Shown: piece by piece, positions 1 through 10,048 of the stretch
Layout of the letters: each line of letters starts with the position of its first letter
Numbering within the stretch: the stretch's first letter is position 1
Assembly (NCBI GenBank): GCA_937928405.1
Contig: CALFWZ010000143.1
Location: 3,208 to 67,207 of the forward strand
Length of the DNA stretch: 64,000 bases
DNA from: an uncultured Saprospiraceae bacterium
Lineage (GTDB): Bacteria; Bacteroidota; Bacteroidia; Chitinophagales; Saprospiraceae
Direction: 5' to 3'
Position numbers and translations under genes: made by a program
Notes under the pieces: model-generated
What the model was told of the DNA's origin: nothing
Database searches by the model: none
Seen by the model: the letters and a program-made list of their open reading frames with translations, nothing else

Positions 1-1
1 T

Positions 2-172
2 TTGAGCTTTTTAAAAGTCTTCGTACGCGTCATTGCCACTAATACCGCCAGTCTAGCGCTCGCTAAAAAATGCGGATTTATCCAGGAAGGATATCTAAAA
101 GAAGAATACCGGACGGGCAACAAACAACTAGTCGACCTAGTCTACTTTGGTATCTTTCCAAAAAATAATTGA
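2..172 (+). CDS. GNAT-family N-acetyltransferase, C-terminal fragment (5' end outside window)
   Basis: Frame-2 translation reads ...VIATNTASLALAKKCGFIQEGYLKEEYRTGNKQLVDLVYFGIFPKNN*, with TGA at 170-172. This resembles the C-terminus of RimJ/RimL-type GNAT enzymes. Confidence 0.55.
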   Translation: MSFLKVFVRVIATNTASLALAKKCGFIQEGYLKEEYRTGNKQLVDLVYFGIFPKNN

Positions 173-185
173 ATGACCACCTGAG

Positions 186-290
186 ATATATCTGCATTTA
201 TAATCTACAAATCCGCACATTCGCACATCCACTAATCCGCACATCAAACAATCCGCATATCCACTAATCTACAAATCTGCACATCCAAAT
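186..290. repeat. Degenerate tandem repeat of ATCCGCACAT / ATCTACAA-type units
   Basis: Direct reading gives atctacaaatccgcacattcgcacatccactaatccgcacatcaaacaatccgcatatccactaatctacaaatctgcacatcc. It lies immediately 3' of the minus-strand FtsX gene stop, and in that gene's sense it is G/T-rich (gatgtgcggatt...). Confidence 0.7.
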
Positions 291-2824
291 CACGATCCCC
301 GCAAAACTTCCAGTGGCGGTTTATTCAATACTTCTCGACTATTGAACAATCCAATCAAAACCGTTAATCCTGTGATAGCAAAAAACACAATAAATGGTGG
401 CAGCCAATCCGGCTTAAACGGAATATCAAAACTATACTTTGCGAGCAACCAACTTCCAATAAAAGACAGCCCAATACCGGTCAATGTCGCCAACGCTCCC
501 AGCATAAAATATTCCAATAGGTTAATCAATAAAATCTGCCGACTCTGTGCCCCAATAGTCCTCAACAATACGCTTTCTTTTATCCGTTGATATTTACTCA
601 AAACTACCGAACTAATTAAAACCAATAAGCCTGTCAAAATACTAAACAAGGCCATAAAGCGAATGACAAATGATATTTTACCCAACACATCTTCTACTGA
701 TTGTAGAATCGCTGACAAGTCTACCACCGATACATTCGGAAAATTCTGAATTAATTTTTGTTGAAATTTAGCAGATTGCTCTATGTTGGCGGTCTTCGAT
801 ACAATAACATTAAATTGCGGAGCTCGCTCCAACACGCCTTTCGGAAAGACCACAAAAAAGTTGGTTTGCAATCTCCCCCAGTCAATCTTTCTGGTACTGC
901 CCACTACTGTTTCAATCATCGCTCCTTGTACATTAAAGGTCAGTTTAGAACCAATTTCCACATCCATGTCTTCTAACATATTTTCGCTTATAGATACGTA
1001 GATCGTTCCATCTTCCGATTTCTCACCCATCCACTTTCCATCCATTACTTCCTCCGATTCAATCAACGTATCACGATAAGTCACTCGGTACTCGCGGTTA
1101 TAAACCCAGTTTCGCGGCGATCGGGTCGTATCGGCTTTCATTTCCATTTTGGTCATACCATCTATCTCTGCCAACCGGATGGTCACAATAGGCACTTCTT
1201 GTAAAATAGGCATCGAAAATTCCTGTGTTAAATCTGCTACTTGTTCTTGTTGATTGGGTTGAATATTAAACAGAATCATATTGGGCTGATCTCCCTGTCC
1301 GGTAAACTCTACTTGACTAAGGAGCAAACCTTGCACAAAAAACAAAGTCGAAATCAAGGCGGATCCCAATCCAATGGACACCACTAAAATTAGGGTTTGG
1401 TTTTGTGGTCGGTACAGATTGGCAATCCCCTGTCGCCAGATATAGCTCCAGTTGACGGGAAAAAATTTTCGCACCAAAACCATTAATAATTTAGCCACGC
1501 CCGTTAATAACAAAAACGCCACAACAATCGCTACTGGGAAAACAATGGCTACCATTCCTTTTCCTGTTTGCCAATAAGTAAAACCCGCTACAAATAAAAA
1601 AATCGCAACATATACTAACCAAGGCAACCAGTCTTGTTCATTCGTATCTTGCTCGAAGGAAGCGTTTAAGGTCCGCAACGGCGAGGTCTTACGAATCGCC
1701 AATAAAGGCAATACGGCAAACAACAGAGCGATCGACAACCCAGTAAACATTCCACTAAAAATAGAAGTCCAAGAAATATTAGCACTCACATTTTGCACTG
1801 GTAAGAAATCACTTAACACCTTGGGTAATAATACCTGTAAACCACTCCCCAACATGGCTCCTAGCACGGCACCGAAAAATCCTAACAAAGCAATTTGTAA
1901 CAAAAAAATCAAGAAAGCCTGACGACCACTGGTCCCCATACAGCGTAGGACCGCTACGACCGAAAGCTTGTCTTTTACATAGATATGAACCGCACTCGCC
2001 ACGCCAATGCAACCTAATAACAAGGCGATAAAACCAACAAGATTTAAAAAGGTCGCCATGTTAGAGAATGCTTCCCCGATGCTTTCTTTTCTTCTTTCAA
2101 CCGTCGTCCAACGTACTCCATTCTTCTGAAGGGTAGTTTTTAAACTGTCCACCAACACTTCTACTTCCTGCGTTTCTGCTATTTTAAAAAAATATTGATA
2201 TTCTATTCTACTACCTGGTTGAATCAGTCCTGTATCATCTAGATATTTTTGTCCTATAAAGATAGCTGGTGCCACTGACGAAGCGATACCAGATCGTCCT
2301 GGTACAGATTTTAGCGCGCCTACAATTTCAAAAGTGAGATTTCCCACCTGAATCGAGTCGCCCATTTTTACATCAAATTGTAATAATAGCGTACGGTCCA
2401 CCAACGCTTTTTGCTCATTTCTGATATTGTCTACCGCGCCTAGTGGTTCGGTATTAAAATTTCCATAGAATGGATAGTTGCCTTCTAGGGCAGAAATTTG
2501 TGCCAGTCTTGTTCCACCGTTTTTGGGAAATAATATCATGGAGACAAAATCGGTCGTTTGTGCTCGCTCGCCTTCAATGATTTCTAAAGCCATCCGCAAA
2601 GAGTCTGGCATTGGGCGATTGACTTCTATCTTCAAATCCGCTCCAAGTAGTGTTTTCGCCTCTCGGTTAATATCCGCCTGTAAATTTTCACTAAAGGAGT
2701 TAATCGCTACCAAGGCACCAATCCCAAGAATAATGGAAGAGATAAAAAGTAGTAATCGGCCTTGATTACGTCGGCTGTCTCGCCAAGCCATTTTTAATAG
2801 CCAGGAAATTCCGGGTTGGGTCAT
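290..2824 (-). CDS. ABC transporter permease, FtsX/MacB-like with two FtsX domains (YbbP-type)
   Basis: 844-aa ORF. The N-terminus WRDSRRNQGRLLLFISSIILGIGALVAINSF, about 10 predicted TM helices and two large extracytoplasmic loops match the YbbP-like fused FtsX permease architecture. Confidence 0.8.
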   Translation of the reverse strand: MTQPGISWLLKMAWRDSRRNQGRLLLFISSIILGIGALVAINSFSENLQADINREAKTLLGADLKIEVNRPMPDSLRMALEIIEGERAQTTDFVSMILFPKNGGTRLAQISALEGNYPFYGNFNTEPLGAVDNIRNEQKALVDRTLLLQFDVKMGDSIQVGNLTFEIVGALKSVPGRSGIASSVAPAIFIGQKYLDDTGLIQPGSRIEYQYFFKIAETQEVEVLVDSLKTTLQKNGVRWTTVERRKESIGEAFSNMATFLNLVGFIALLLGCIGVASAVHIYVKDKLSVVAVLRCMGTSGRQAFLIFLLQIALLGFFGAVLGAMLGSGLQVLLPKVLSDFLPVQNVSANISWTSIFSGMFTGLSIALLFAVLPLLAIRKTSPLRTLNASFEQDTNEQDWLPWLVYVAIFLFVAGFTYWQTGKGMVAIVFPVAIVVAFLLLTGVAKLLMVLVRKFFPVNWSYIWRQGIANLYRPQNQTLILVVSIGLGSALISTLFFVQGLLLSQVEFTGQGDQPNMILFNIQPNQQEQVADLTQEFSMPILQEVPIVTIRLAEIDGMTKMEMKADTTRSPRNWVYNREYRVTYRDTLIESEEVMDGKWMGEKSEDGTIYVSISENMLEDMDVEIGSKLTFNVQGAMIETVVGSTRKIDWGRLQTNFFVVFPKGVLERAPQFNVIVSKTANIEQSAKFQQKLIQNFPNVSVVDLSAILQSVEDVLGKISFVIRFMALFSILTGLLVLISSVVLSKYQRIKESVLLRTIGAQSRQILLINLLEYFMLGALATLTGIGLSFIGSWLLAKYSFDIPFKPDWLPPFIVFFAITGLTVLIGLFNSREVLNKPPLEVLRGS

Positions 2825-3045
2825 ATTTTTTTACTATTGGCATTTGGCCATTAGTCTTAACTCCCATTAATCGTGTTTTATAGAAGTCGATAACTAATAG
2901 ATCTAAAACCAGTTTAGAAATGGATAACAGATTTCTTTTTTTCTTATAAAATACTTTATTCTAAAGCACCGCAAAAGTATACATTTAATTAGGACAATTT
3001 AGCTCCACTAAAGTTCAGCAAACTATCAACTAACCACGATTTTAC

Positions 3046-3053
3046 TATCTTTG
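3046..3053 (+). promoter_or_regulatory. Candidate Bacteroidota -7 promoter box (TATCTTTG = TAnnTTTG)
   Basis: Exact TAnnTTTG match 30 nt upstream of the dacB ATG. Confidence 0.4.
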
Positions 3054-3082
3054 ATTTCTCAAATTTCCACAAAAAAATCATC

Positions 3083-4543
3083 ATGAATCGTCTGTTATTT
3101 ATATTGGTCTTCTTACTTACAGTCAATGCGCTATATGCTCAACCTCCCATCCAAAAAAAAATAAACGCCTTCGCCGCTCATCCCGACTTAGTTCATGGAC
3201 AACTAAGCGTTGCCCTTATAGACTTATCTACTAACCAACTGATCGCAGGACATCGCGCTGATAAAACCATGATTCCTGCTTCTTCCCTCAAAGTATTGGT
3301 CACTGGAATTGCGCTAAAAAAACTAGGCAAAGATTATCGTTTTAAAACAGAATTAGGGTATGATGGTACCATTACGGCACATGGTATTTTGCAAGGCAAT
3401 CTGATTATTCGAGGTTATGGTGATCCAACCCTCGGTTCTCATCATTTCGACAAAGCAGAAACCCACGAGGTCGTTTTAAAAAAATGGACCAGCGCCATCA
3501 AAAAAGCAGGCATCAAAAAAATTGAAGGCTATATTATTGGGGATGCTTCTTATTTTTCTACTCAAGTGGATAGTCGAACCTGGCTCTGGGAGGACCTCGG
3601 CAATTATTACGGCGCTGGTGCTTGGGGTCTAAATTTCCATGAAAACCTTTATCAATTAGATCTCAAACAGCACAGTAAATTTGGTGCTACTCCACCCGTA
3701 GTGAACGTTCGTCCTACCGTTCCTAATCTACATTTGATCAACGAACTAACACAGGCCGAAAAAGGCAGCGGAGATAATGCCTACATTTTTGGATCACCTT
3801 ATGGGTATACTCGTTTCATTCGAGGTACAATTCCTGTCGGAACGGGAACTTTTACCATTAAAGGTAGCGTACCCGATCCTCCATTTTTTGCTGCTTTTCA
3901 GCTAATGCAGCACCTAGAAAAATCAGGCGTTGCAACCAGTCAGCGAGCCGCTTCCTTGTATCAGTTAAAACAGGAAGGAGTAGATATTGGTGAACCTAAA
4001 ATTATAGATACATATCTTTCTCCAACCTTAGAAGCAATTGTCAAAGAGACAAATTTGAAGAGCGTAAATTTATATTGTGAAGCACTTCTTCGATTGCTTG
4101 GTAAAACTGAAAAAGGAGATCCGCATCCATCCCAGGGATTAGAAGTAATCATGGAGTACCTAGATAATAATGGATTGCCAACGGCAGGCCTCTTTCTAGC
4201 GGATGCCAGTGGATTGTCACCTCGCAATGCTGTTTCCGCCCGACATCTGAGCGCGTATCTCGCTTATTTAAAAAAACAAAACGATATTTTTCCAAGTTTT
4301 AAAGCTTCTCTTCCCGTCGGTGGAAAATCAGGTGCTTTGAAATATTTATTTAGAGGAACCTCGGCAGAAAATCAGGTATTTGCTAAAAGTGGAGGTATGG
4401 CCCGAGTCCGTAGTTATTCCGGTTATGTCCAAAACAAAGCTGGAAAATGGCTAAGTTTTTCAATTATTGCTAATAACTTTACTGGAAAAAGTGCCGCCAT
4501 GCGTAAAGAAATGGAAAAGCTGATGTTGGCATTTTGTCAATGA
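3083..4543 (+). CDS. dacB: D-alanyl-D-alanine carboxypeptidase/endopeptidase (PBP4, peptidase S13)
   Basis: 486 aa with a signal peptide and an SxxK motif (PASSLKVLVTG). The length and C-terminal KSGG/ARVRSYSGY region are typical of the PBP4 family. Confidence 0.8.
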   Translation: MNRLLFILVFLLTVNALYAQPPIQKKINAFAAHPDLVHGQLSVALIDLSTNQLIAGHRADKTMIPASSLKVLVTGIALKKLGKDYRFKTELGYDGTITAHGILQGNLIIRGYGDPTLGSHHFDKAETHEVVLKKWTSAIKKAGIKKIEGYIIGDASYFSTQVDSRTWLWEDLGNYYGAGAWGLNFHENLYQLDLKQHSKFGATPPVVNVRPTVPNLHLINELTQAEKGSGDNAYIFGSPYGYTRFIRGTIPVGTGTFTIKGSVPDPPFFAAFQLMQHLEKSGVATSQRAASLYQLKQEGVDIGEPKIIDTYLSPTLEAIVKETNLKSVNLYCEALLRLLGKTEKGDPHPSQGLEVIMEYLDNNGLPTAGLFLADASGLSPRNAVSARHLSAYLAYLKKQNDIFPSFKASLPVGGKSGALKYLFRGTSAENQVFAKSGGMARVRSYSGYVQNKAGKWLSFSIIANNFTGKSAAMRKEMEKLMLAFCQ

Positions 4544-4567
4544 CGCTGAAAAACGTAATTTTAACGG

Positions 4568-5284
4568 GTGAAAAATTATATCCTTCCTCTGCTGCTTATT
4601 ATGATCCTTACAGGAATGCTTTCCTGTGATGACGGTCTCGGTCCTTCGCAAAGTACCAAACATACGACTACGCACGAATACGACCCTAGCATTAATCAAA
4701 ACAAACAACCTACCTCGCCCGACCCTGACCTTACTCAAAAGGAAAGCAATCGTTGGATTTGGCAAAAACCAGAGCTCGTAATTCGAAAAATAGGAGATCT
4801 AGATAACAAGACCGTTGTAGATATCGGAGCCGGACCATATGGTTATTTTTCTTTCATCATTGCTGGAAAGACGCCTGCCAAAAAAGTAATCGCCCTCGAC
4901 ATAGACGAAGAGGCCGTCAAATTCATGAACGATGCTCGAAAATTATTACCCGATGCTCGTCGCGATAAATTTGAAACCCGACTCGTCAAACCTAATGATC
5001 CGATGCTAAAATCCAATGAAGCGGATGTGGTGCTGATCGTCAACACCGTTACGTATTTTAATGATGCGGTTGACTATTTAACCAACTTACGTCGCGGTAT
5101 CTCCACTGGTGGTCGCCTTGTTATTATTGATTTTAAAAAAAGAACTACCACCATCGGCCCAAACCTCTCAGACCGGATCGCTATTGGAGAACTCGAAATT
5201 GTTCTTAAAAAGGCAGGATACAGCAATATAGAGTTTGATGACCGCACGTTGGATTATCAGTATATTGTTACCGCTTATAAATAG
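4568..5284 (+). CDS. Class I SAM-dependent methyltransferase with lipoprotein-type signal peptide
   Basis: GTG start and an N-terminal lipobox-like LTGMLSC. Motif I VVDIGAGPYGYF and acidic motif II VIALDIDEE fit the Rossmann-fold methyltransferase pattern. Confidence 0.65.
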   Translation: MKNYILPLLLIMILTGMLSCDDGLGPSQSTKHTTTHEYDPSINQNKQPTSPDPDLTQKESNRWIWQKPELVIRKIGDLDNKTVVDIGAGPYGYFSFIIAGKTPAKKVIALDIDEEAVKFMNDARKLLPDARRDKFETRLVKPNDPMLKSNEADVVLIVNTVTYFNDAVDYLTNLRRGISTGGRLVIIDFKKRTTTIGPNLSDRIAIGELEIVLKKAGYSNIEFDDRTLDYQYIVTAYK

Positions 5285-5286
5285 AA

Positions 5287-7038
5287 TTACTTAAGAAGTA
5301 TGGTTTTATTAGTAAGCAACTGGCCTTGATCGTCGCTAATCAAAAAGGAATAAATACCAGAGGACAGATGACCAATACTAATTTTCACTTCCTCCTCCCT
5401 TTGAAATAATGCTGTTTTTTCAAAAACAATGCTTCCATTGGTATCCATAATTTGAATGAGACCTTCTGTATCTTGCCTAAGTTGCTTTGAACTAATGGTC
5501 ATCATATCCAAAACTGGATTGGGAAATATACTCCAATACTTTTCTGATTGAGCTGTTTGAATGGTAATCATTTCACTGAATTCTGAGCGCCCGTCCATGT
5601 CAATTTGTTGAAGCCGATAATAATATCTTTTCCCCAGTTCAATGATCTTATCATTAAAGCTATAATCAACCATAATATTAGAATTGCCACTTCCTTCTAT
5701 CCATCCTATCACCTCAAATTCATTGTTTGGATTCATTGCTCGTTCTATCTTAAAACCTTTATTATTCGTTTCCGAGGCAGTTCTCCAACGTAAACCAACT
5801 TGATTATTTCGTTCATTAAAGGAGCCATCAAAACTGATCAGGTCTACAGGCAATGCCGTTAATAAAGTGGTAAAGTTCGGTCCCTCTCCATCGCTATAAT
5901 TGCTACCCGATCCATCTGGACATTTGGCTCTCACTTGCCATTCGTATTCTGTATCTTCTATTAATCCTTCAATATCAAAATTCACCGTAGAACCAGAAAC
6001 TGTAAAATCACCCTCCCCTAATCTTAATGAAGTAAAAAAATCCCAAGTACTACTACCTGCTGGTCGATACCTCACATTATAGTGATCCATACTAGATTCG
6101 TATTCCCAGTTTAGCGTTACACTATTGACACCTATATTATTCGTCGCTCGATTAGCAGGAAGTATCGGCGAACAAATAGCTTGAACACCTAATTCTAATC
6201 TGCTAAAGCGAACTTCACCATAGGCGGTCGGAAGCTCATCGCCGACACCATTTTTTTCTGCCCAAATAGAAGATTGCGTATAACAACCAGCTTTAAAATA
6301 GCCCCAATCATAAGCACTAGCATATTGGTTGAAATAGGTATCCCCCGTGGTCGTATTGGTCAATTCAACTGTTACGTCCCCATTGTTGACATATAGTCTA
6401 GCTTCGATAGTTTCACCTAAAGCATAGTCCATAATATCATTCAGTGTGGTGGTTTCATTTACGATCAAATGCAACCCCTGACCACTATTTGCCCGATACT
6501 CTAGCCGTAATGTTTCGCTGGTATTTGAAGTACTAGGAGTGGTATTTCCTTTGATTTGTAGCATGCAAACTTCCTGCTTCAAATCTGGAAGATGGGTGAC
6601 TCTAAACGTTGCATTTAATTCTTGCTCATCCGCAAAATTCCAAAAACCATCCGTTCCATTTACTCTTTCTCGCAGCTCAGAGCGAGGATAAGCATTGATA
6701 CTCGTTAAGGCACCTGCACAATGTGCTTTAAAAACTACTTCGTTGCCATCAACAAAAAAATAATCAAGATAAGGTGCCGGAGCAACATAGCCCGATAAGT
6801 TAGTTATATTCTCACTACTAATGTGCGGATTATCTCGATCTTCCCAAGCAACTCCAGTATAGTCATCACCATTTTCATCTAGTGGATATTGAATTTTAAA
6901 TGCTGCGATGTCTGGCAAAATAGTAGTTGGTGCCTGAGCCGTCAGACCTGTTGCAAATAAAAATACCAACAAAAATGTAAACGAAATATTAGAAAAAGGT
7001 CCAAGTGTTCCTTGCTTAATAGTTTGGGTAACCTTCAT
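5287..7038 (-). CDS. Secreted PL7-like polysaccharide (alginate-type) lyase with FN3 domain and T9SS C-terminal sorting domain
   Basis: PL7 signature blocks RSELRE, LQIKG (the canonical form is QIH) and YFKAGCYTQS are present. An FN3-like region (VTLNWEY...YEWQVRAKC) follows, and the C-terminus IFPNPVLDMMTISS...LTNKTILLK is typical of a type A T9SS CTD. Confidence 0.65.
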   Translation of the reverse strand: MKVTQTIKQGTLGPFSNISFTFLLVFLFATGLTAQAPTTILPDIAAFKIQYPLDENGDDYTGVAWEDRDNPHISSENITNLSGYVAPAPYLDYFFVDGNEVVFKAHCAGALTSINAYPRSELRERVNGTDGFWNFADEQELNATFRVTHLPDLKQEVCMLQIKGNTTPSTSNTSETLRLEYRANSGQGLHLIVNETTTLNDIMDYALGETIEARLYVNNGDVTVELTNTTTGDTYFNQYASAYDWGYFKAGCYTQSSIWAEKNGVGDELPTAYGEVRFSRLELGVQAICSPILPANRATNNIGVNSVTLNWEYESSMDHYNVRYRPAGSSTWDFFTSLRLGEGDFTVSGSTVNFDIEGLIEDTEYEWQVRAKCPDGSGSNYSDGEGPNFTTLLTALPVDLISFDGSFNERNNQVGLRWRTASETNNKGFKIERAMNPNNEFEVIGWIEGSGNSNIMVDYSFNDKIIELGKRYYYRLQQIDMDGRSEFSEMITIQTAQSEKYWSIFPNPVLDMMTISSKQLRQDTEGLIQIMDTNGSIVFEKTALFQREEEVKISIGHLSSGIYSFLISDDQGQLLTNKTILLK

Positions 7039-7603
7039 GATATAGGTAGTTTCAAAAATTTAGAATGATAAACACTTTCAGTTGGCTGAATTGGTTGACC
7101 AATTTAGGAAAATATCAGACATTTCCAAAATATTTGATGATAAAAAGATATTCTTGTCGCTTAGCAACTGTACAATAATAAATTTGCAGTCTTTTATTTC
7201 TTCTTGTTTCCTTTATAAAATAGAGGTAAACATTGCTAAAATTTATCATTCAAAATGAAGCAGTAGATCGGCTGATTATAAATGCTGATTAAAAAAAATC
7301 TCCCTCAGCTTGTAACTTTTTTGCAATTCATTCATTATGATAACAAATAGACCGCAAATACAGCGGCGATTTTCCTCCCATAAAGTTTTACGTTTTTATT
7401 AAAAAAAATAATTGCTAAACGCTTAACCAATTTGGCTGCCCGATACTTTCATAATCGAAAGTGCTCATAACAGCCCAGTCCAAACTATTTCTAAATTTTA
7501 ATAACTAGCTATTGCCTGTGATTAGTGCAAACACTGTTTGTTGTGTTGTCAACAAGCCCGAAATTACTATATCCAAAGGTCATCAGCAAAAAATAAAAAA
7601 CCT

Positions 7604-9121
7604 ATGTCTATTCCAAAAGAACCTCGGCAACTCATGATCAATCTCATGTACATTGTTTTGACTGCCATGCTTGCGCTTAATGTATCGGCAGAAGTACTCA
7701 ATGCCTTTCTTTCCATGAATCGCAGTCTCAACGAAAGTACGGACATCATGGATAAATCTAATCAACAACTAATGGCCGCCATTACGGAACAGGCCGAAGC
7801 TTATTCACAATTTCAGCCGTATGCAGAAAGCGGATTGGAAGTACAAAAAATCGCTCAAGAATTTTCAGCATACGTCAATACTTTAAAAACAGAACTTATT
7901 GAGACTTCCGGTGGAATAGACGAAAACGGCCAACCCATCGGTATTAAGGACAAAGATGTCACCACCCGAATGCTCGTCACAGAAGGCCGTGGTAGTGATC
8001 TTGAAGAACGAATCAAAAAAGTCCGAACCGATCTCCTGGCTCAAATTAAAGACGAAGATGTCCGACAGCAACTCGCCGCTACCCTTCCAATTAAAATCGA
8101 GGAGATTCCAGAAGATTCTGATAAAGAAAACTGGGCGCAGTTTAAATTTCAACAAATGCCAGTCGCGGCAGTACTTCCTCTTTTGGCCAAAATCCAAAAT
8201 GATATTGAAATATCTGAGACCTCTATTCTAGGATATTTTTATAAAAAAACAGGAAGTACGGCACTCAAGCCAGACGAATTTCTTCCCATCGCCGCCACTA
8301 ATAGTAGCTACCTGACTGTAGGCGAAAAATTTTCTGCGGAATTATTTCTCGGTGCTTATTCCAGCACAGCAGACAATATCAGTATCCAAGTGGATGGCCG
8401 AAATGTTCCCGTACGTAATGGAAAGGCGGTCTTCAGTACTACCGCTGGCAGCCTTGGAGAGCAGTCCCACCGGATGATCGTCAGACTAAAAGATCCAGTC
8501 TCCGGTAGGGTCCAAAAATTTGAAAAAACCTTTGGGTATACCGTAGGGGAAAAATCAGTAGCCGTAGCAGCAGACAAGATGAATGTGTTTTATGTTGGTG
8601 TCGACAACCCTCTTTCCCTATCCGCAGCGGGCGTTCCTAGTACCGAAATTCGAGTGCAAGCCACTGGGGCAAATCTCCAAAAAATCAGTAACGGAAAGTA
8701 CGTTGTTAAACCCACTAAAATTGGAAAAAGTGTTATCACTGTTACAGGTGGCGGACTAGATCCCGCGACTTTTGAATATCGAGTCAAAAAAATTCCTGAT
8801 CCACAAATTATGATCGGAAACGAAAAAGGAGGAATCATGAGTGCCGCAGAATTTAGAGTGCATCCAGGCATTCGCGCACACTTAGAAAATTTTGATTTTG
8901 AAGCTCGCTGTAATATTCAAGGGTTTGAACTCACCCGTGTACCCAAGGGAGGAGATGCCCAAAGTGAATTAAATCGAGGTGGAACTTATACTGGCGCTAC
9001 CAAACGATTGGTGCAAGCGGCCAGATCTGGCGATACTTATTATTTCGAAAAAATAAAAGTCCGATGTCCAGGAGATGTTGTGGGCCGAAAAATGAACGGG
9101 ATGATTTTTAAAATTAAGTGA
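7604..9121 (+). CDS. gldM: Gliding motility / T9SS protein GldM (PorM)
   Basis: The conserved N-terminus MSIPKEPRQLMINLMYIVLTAMLALNVS is followed by a long periplasmic region. I prefer the ATG at 7604 because the track's 7538 start adds 22 non-conserved residues. Confidence 0.85.
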   Translation: MSIPKEPRQLMINLMYIVLTAMLALNVSAEVLNAFLSMNRSLNESTDIMDKSNQQLMAAITEQAEAYSQFQPYAESGLEVQKIAQEFSAYVNTLKTELIETSGGIDENGQPIGIKDKDVTTRMLVTEGRGSDLEERIKKVRTDLLAQIKDEDVRQQLAATLPIKIEEIPEDSDKENWAQFKFQQMPVAAVLPLLAKIQNDIEISETSILGYFYKKTGSTALKPDEFLPIAATNSSYLTVGEKFSAELFLGAYSSTADNISIQVDGRNVPVRNGKAVFSTTAGSLGEQSHRMIVRLKDPVSGRVQKFEKTFGYTVGEKSVAVAADKMNVFYVGVDNPLSLSAAGVPSTEIRVQATGANLQKISNGKYVVKPTKIGKSVITVTGGGLDPATFEYRVKKIPDPQIMIGNEKGGIMSAAEFRVHPGIRAHLENFDFEARCNIQGFELTRVPKGGDAQSELNRGGTYTGATKRLVQAARSGDTYYFEKIKVRCPGDVVGRKMNGMIFKIK

Positions 9122-9180
9122 AATCATTGAATTGTTGAGGCAATATATTCTTAGTCTCTTTAACTAAAATTAATTAAAAT

Positions 9181-9990
9181 ATGTCTTTATTAAAATTATT
9201 TTCTATCCTTCTTTTAGTATCATTATTTACTGCTGCTGAGGCACAGGTTCGCGACGATATTGTAGACCGAAATTTATTACAGGATCGTCAAGTACTAGCA
9301 TATCAACCATTACGAGAAGCTGATATTTTTTGGGAAAAAAGAATCTGGCGGGTCGTGGATTTCCGAGAAAAAATGAATCAACCGTTCGCTTATCCGGAAG
9401 CGCCCTTTTTTAATATCATCAAAGATGCAGCACTGCAAGGAGATATTACCCTCTACTCTACGGAAGATGATAAATTTTCTTTTCCGCTCAACGAAGCAGA
9501 TATCGAAAATATACTTTTCAAATCGGATACCGTCGGCGTTTTTGATTTCGAAACCAATACAGAAAAAATAACCGTCGTCAGAGATGAAATTGCTTGGGAA
9601 GATGTTAAACGTATCCGTATCAAAGAGCAATGGTTCTTTGATGAGAACACGTCCACCCTACAAGTCCGTATTCTAGGAATTGCTCCGATGATTAATGTAA
9701 ATGATAACCAAGGAAATTTCCGTTACGAGAAACCGCTATTCTGGGCTTATTATCCAGAGATGCGGCCAATCTTCGCCCGTAAAAAAGTATTTAATAGCTT
9801 AAATGATGCGGCGCTGACCAGTTGGGATGATTTATTCGAAAGACGCTTTTTTGCTAGCTATATTTTCAAGCAGAGTAATGTACGGGACGAAAGATTGCAG
9901 GGTCTTTATTCTGGAGTAGATTTATTGTTGGAAGCTGATAAGATCAAGCAAGAGATCTTCAATTTTGAGCATGACCTTTGGTCCTATTAA
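9181..9990 (+). CDS. gldN: Gliding motility / T9SS protein GldN (PorN)
   Basis: 269 aa with a signal peptide, located immediately downstream of gldM. Conserved GldN blocks are present: EADIFWEKRIWRVVDFREKMNQPF and IKEQWFFD. Confidence 0.8.
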   Translation: MSLLKLFSILLLVSLFTAAEAQVRDDIVDRNLLQDRQVLAYQPLREADIFWEKRIWRVVDFREKMNQPFAYPEAPFFNIIKDAALQGDITLYSTEDDKFSFPLNEADIENILFKSDTVGVFDFETNTEKITVVRDEIAWEDVKRIRIKEQWFFDENTSTLQVRILGIAPMINVNDNQGNFRYEKPLFWAYYPEMRPIFARKKVFNSLNDAALTSWDDLFERRFFASYIFKQSNVRDERLQGLYSGVDLLLEADKIKQEIFNFEHDLWSY

Positions 9991-10048
9991 ACAAGATTAC
10001 CCAATTGGTTTTTCTTAAGATCATAAAAACCTCCAAGTGTTTTTTTGT

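Noticed and set aside
7538-7603. Upstream extension of gldM (MLCCQQARNYYIQRSSAKNKKP)
   Set aside because: It is not part of the conserved GldM N-terminus, which starts with a short cytoplasmic segment and a TM helix at MSIPKEPRQLMINLMY. It is probably leader sequence.
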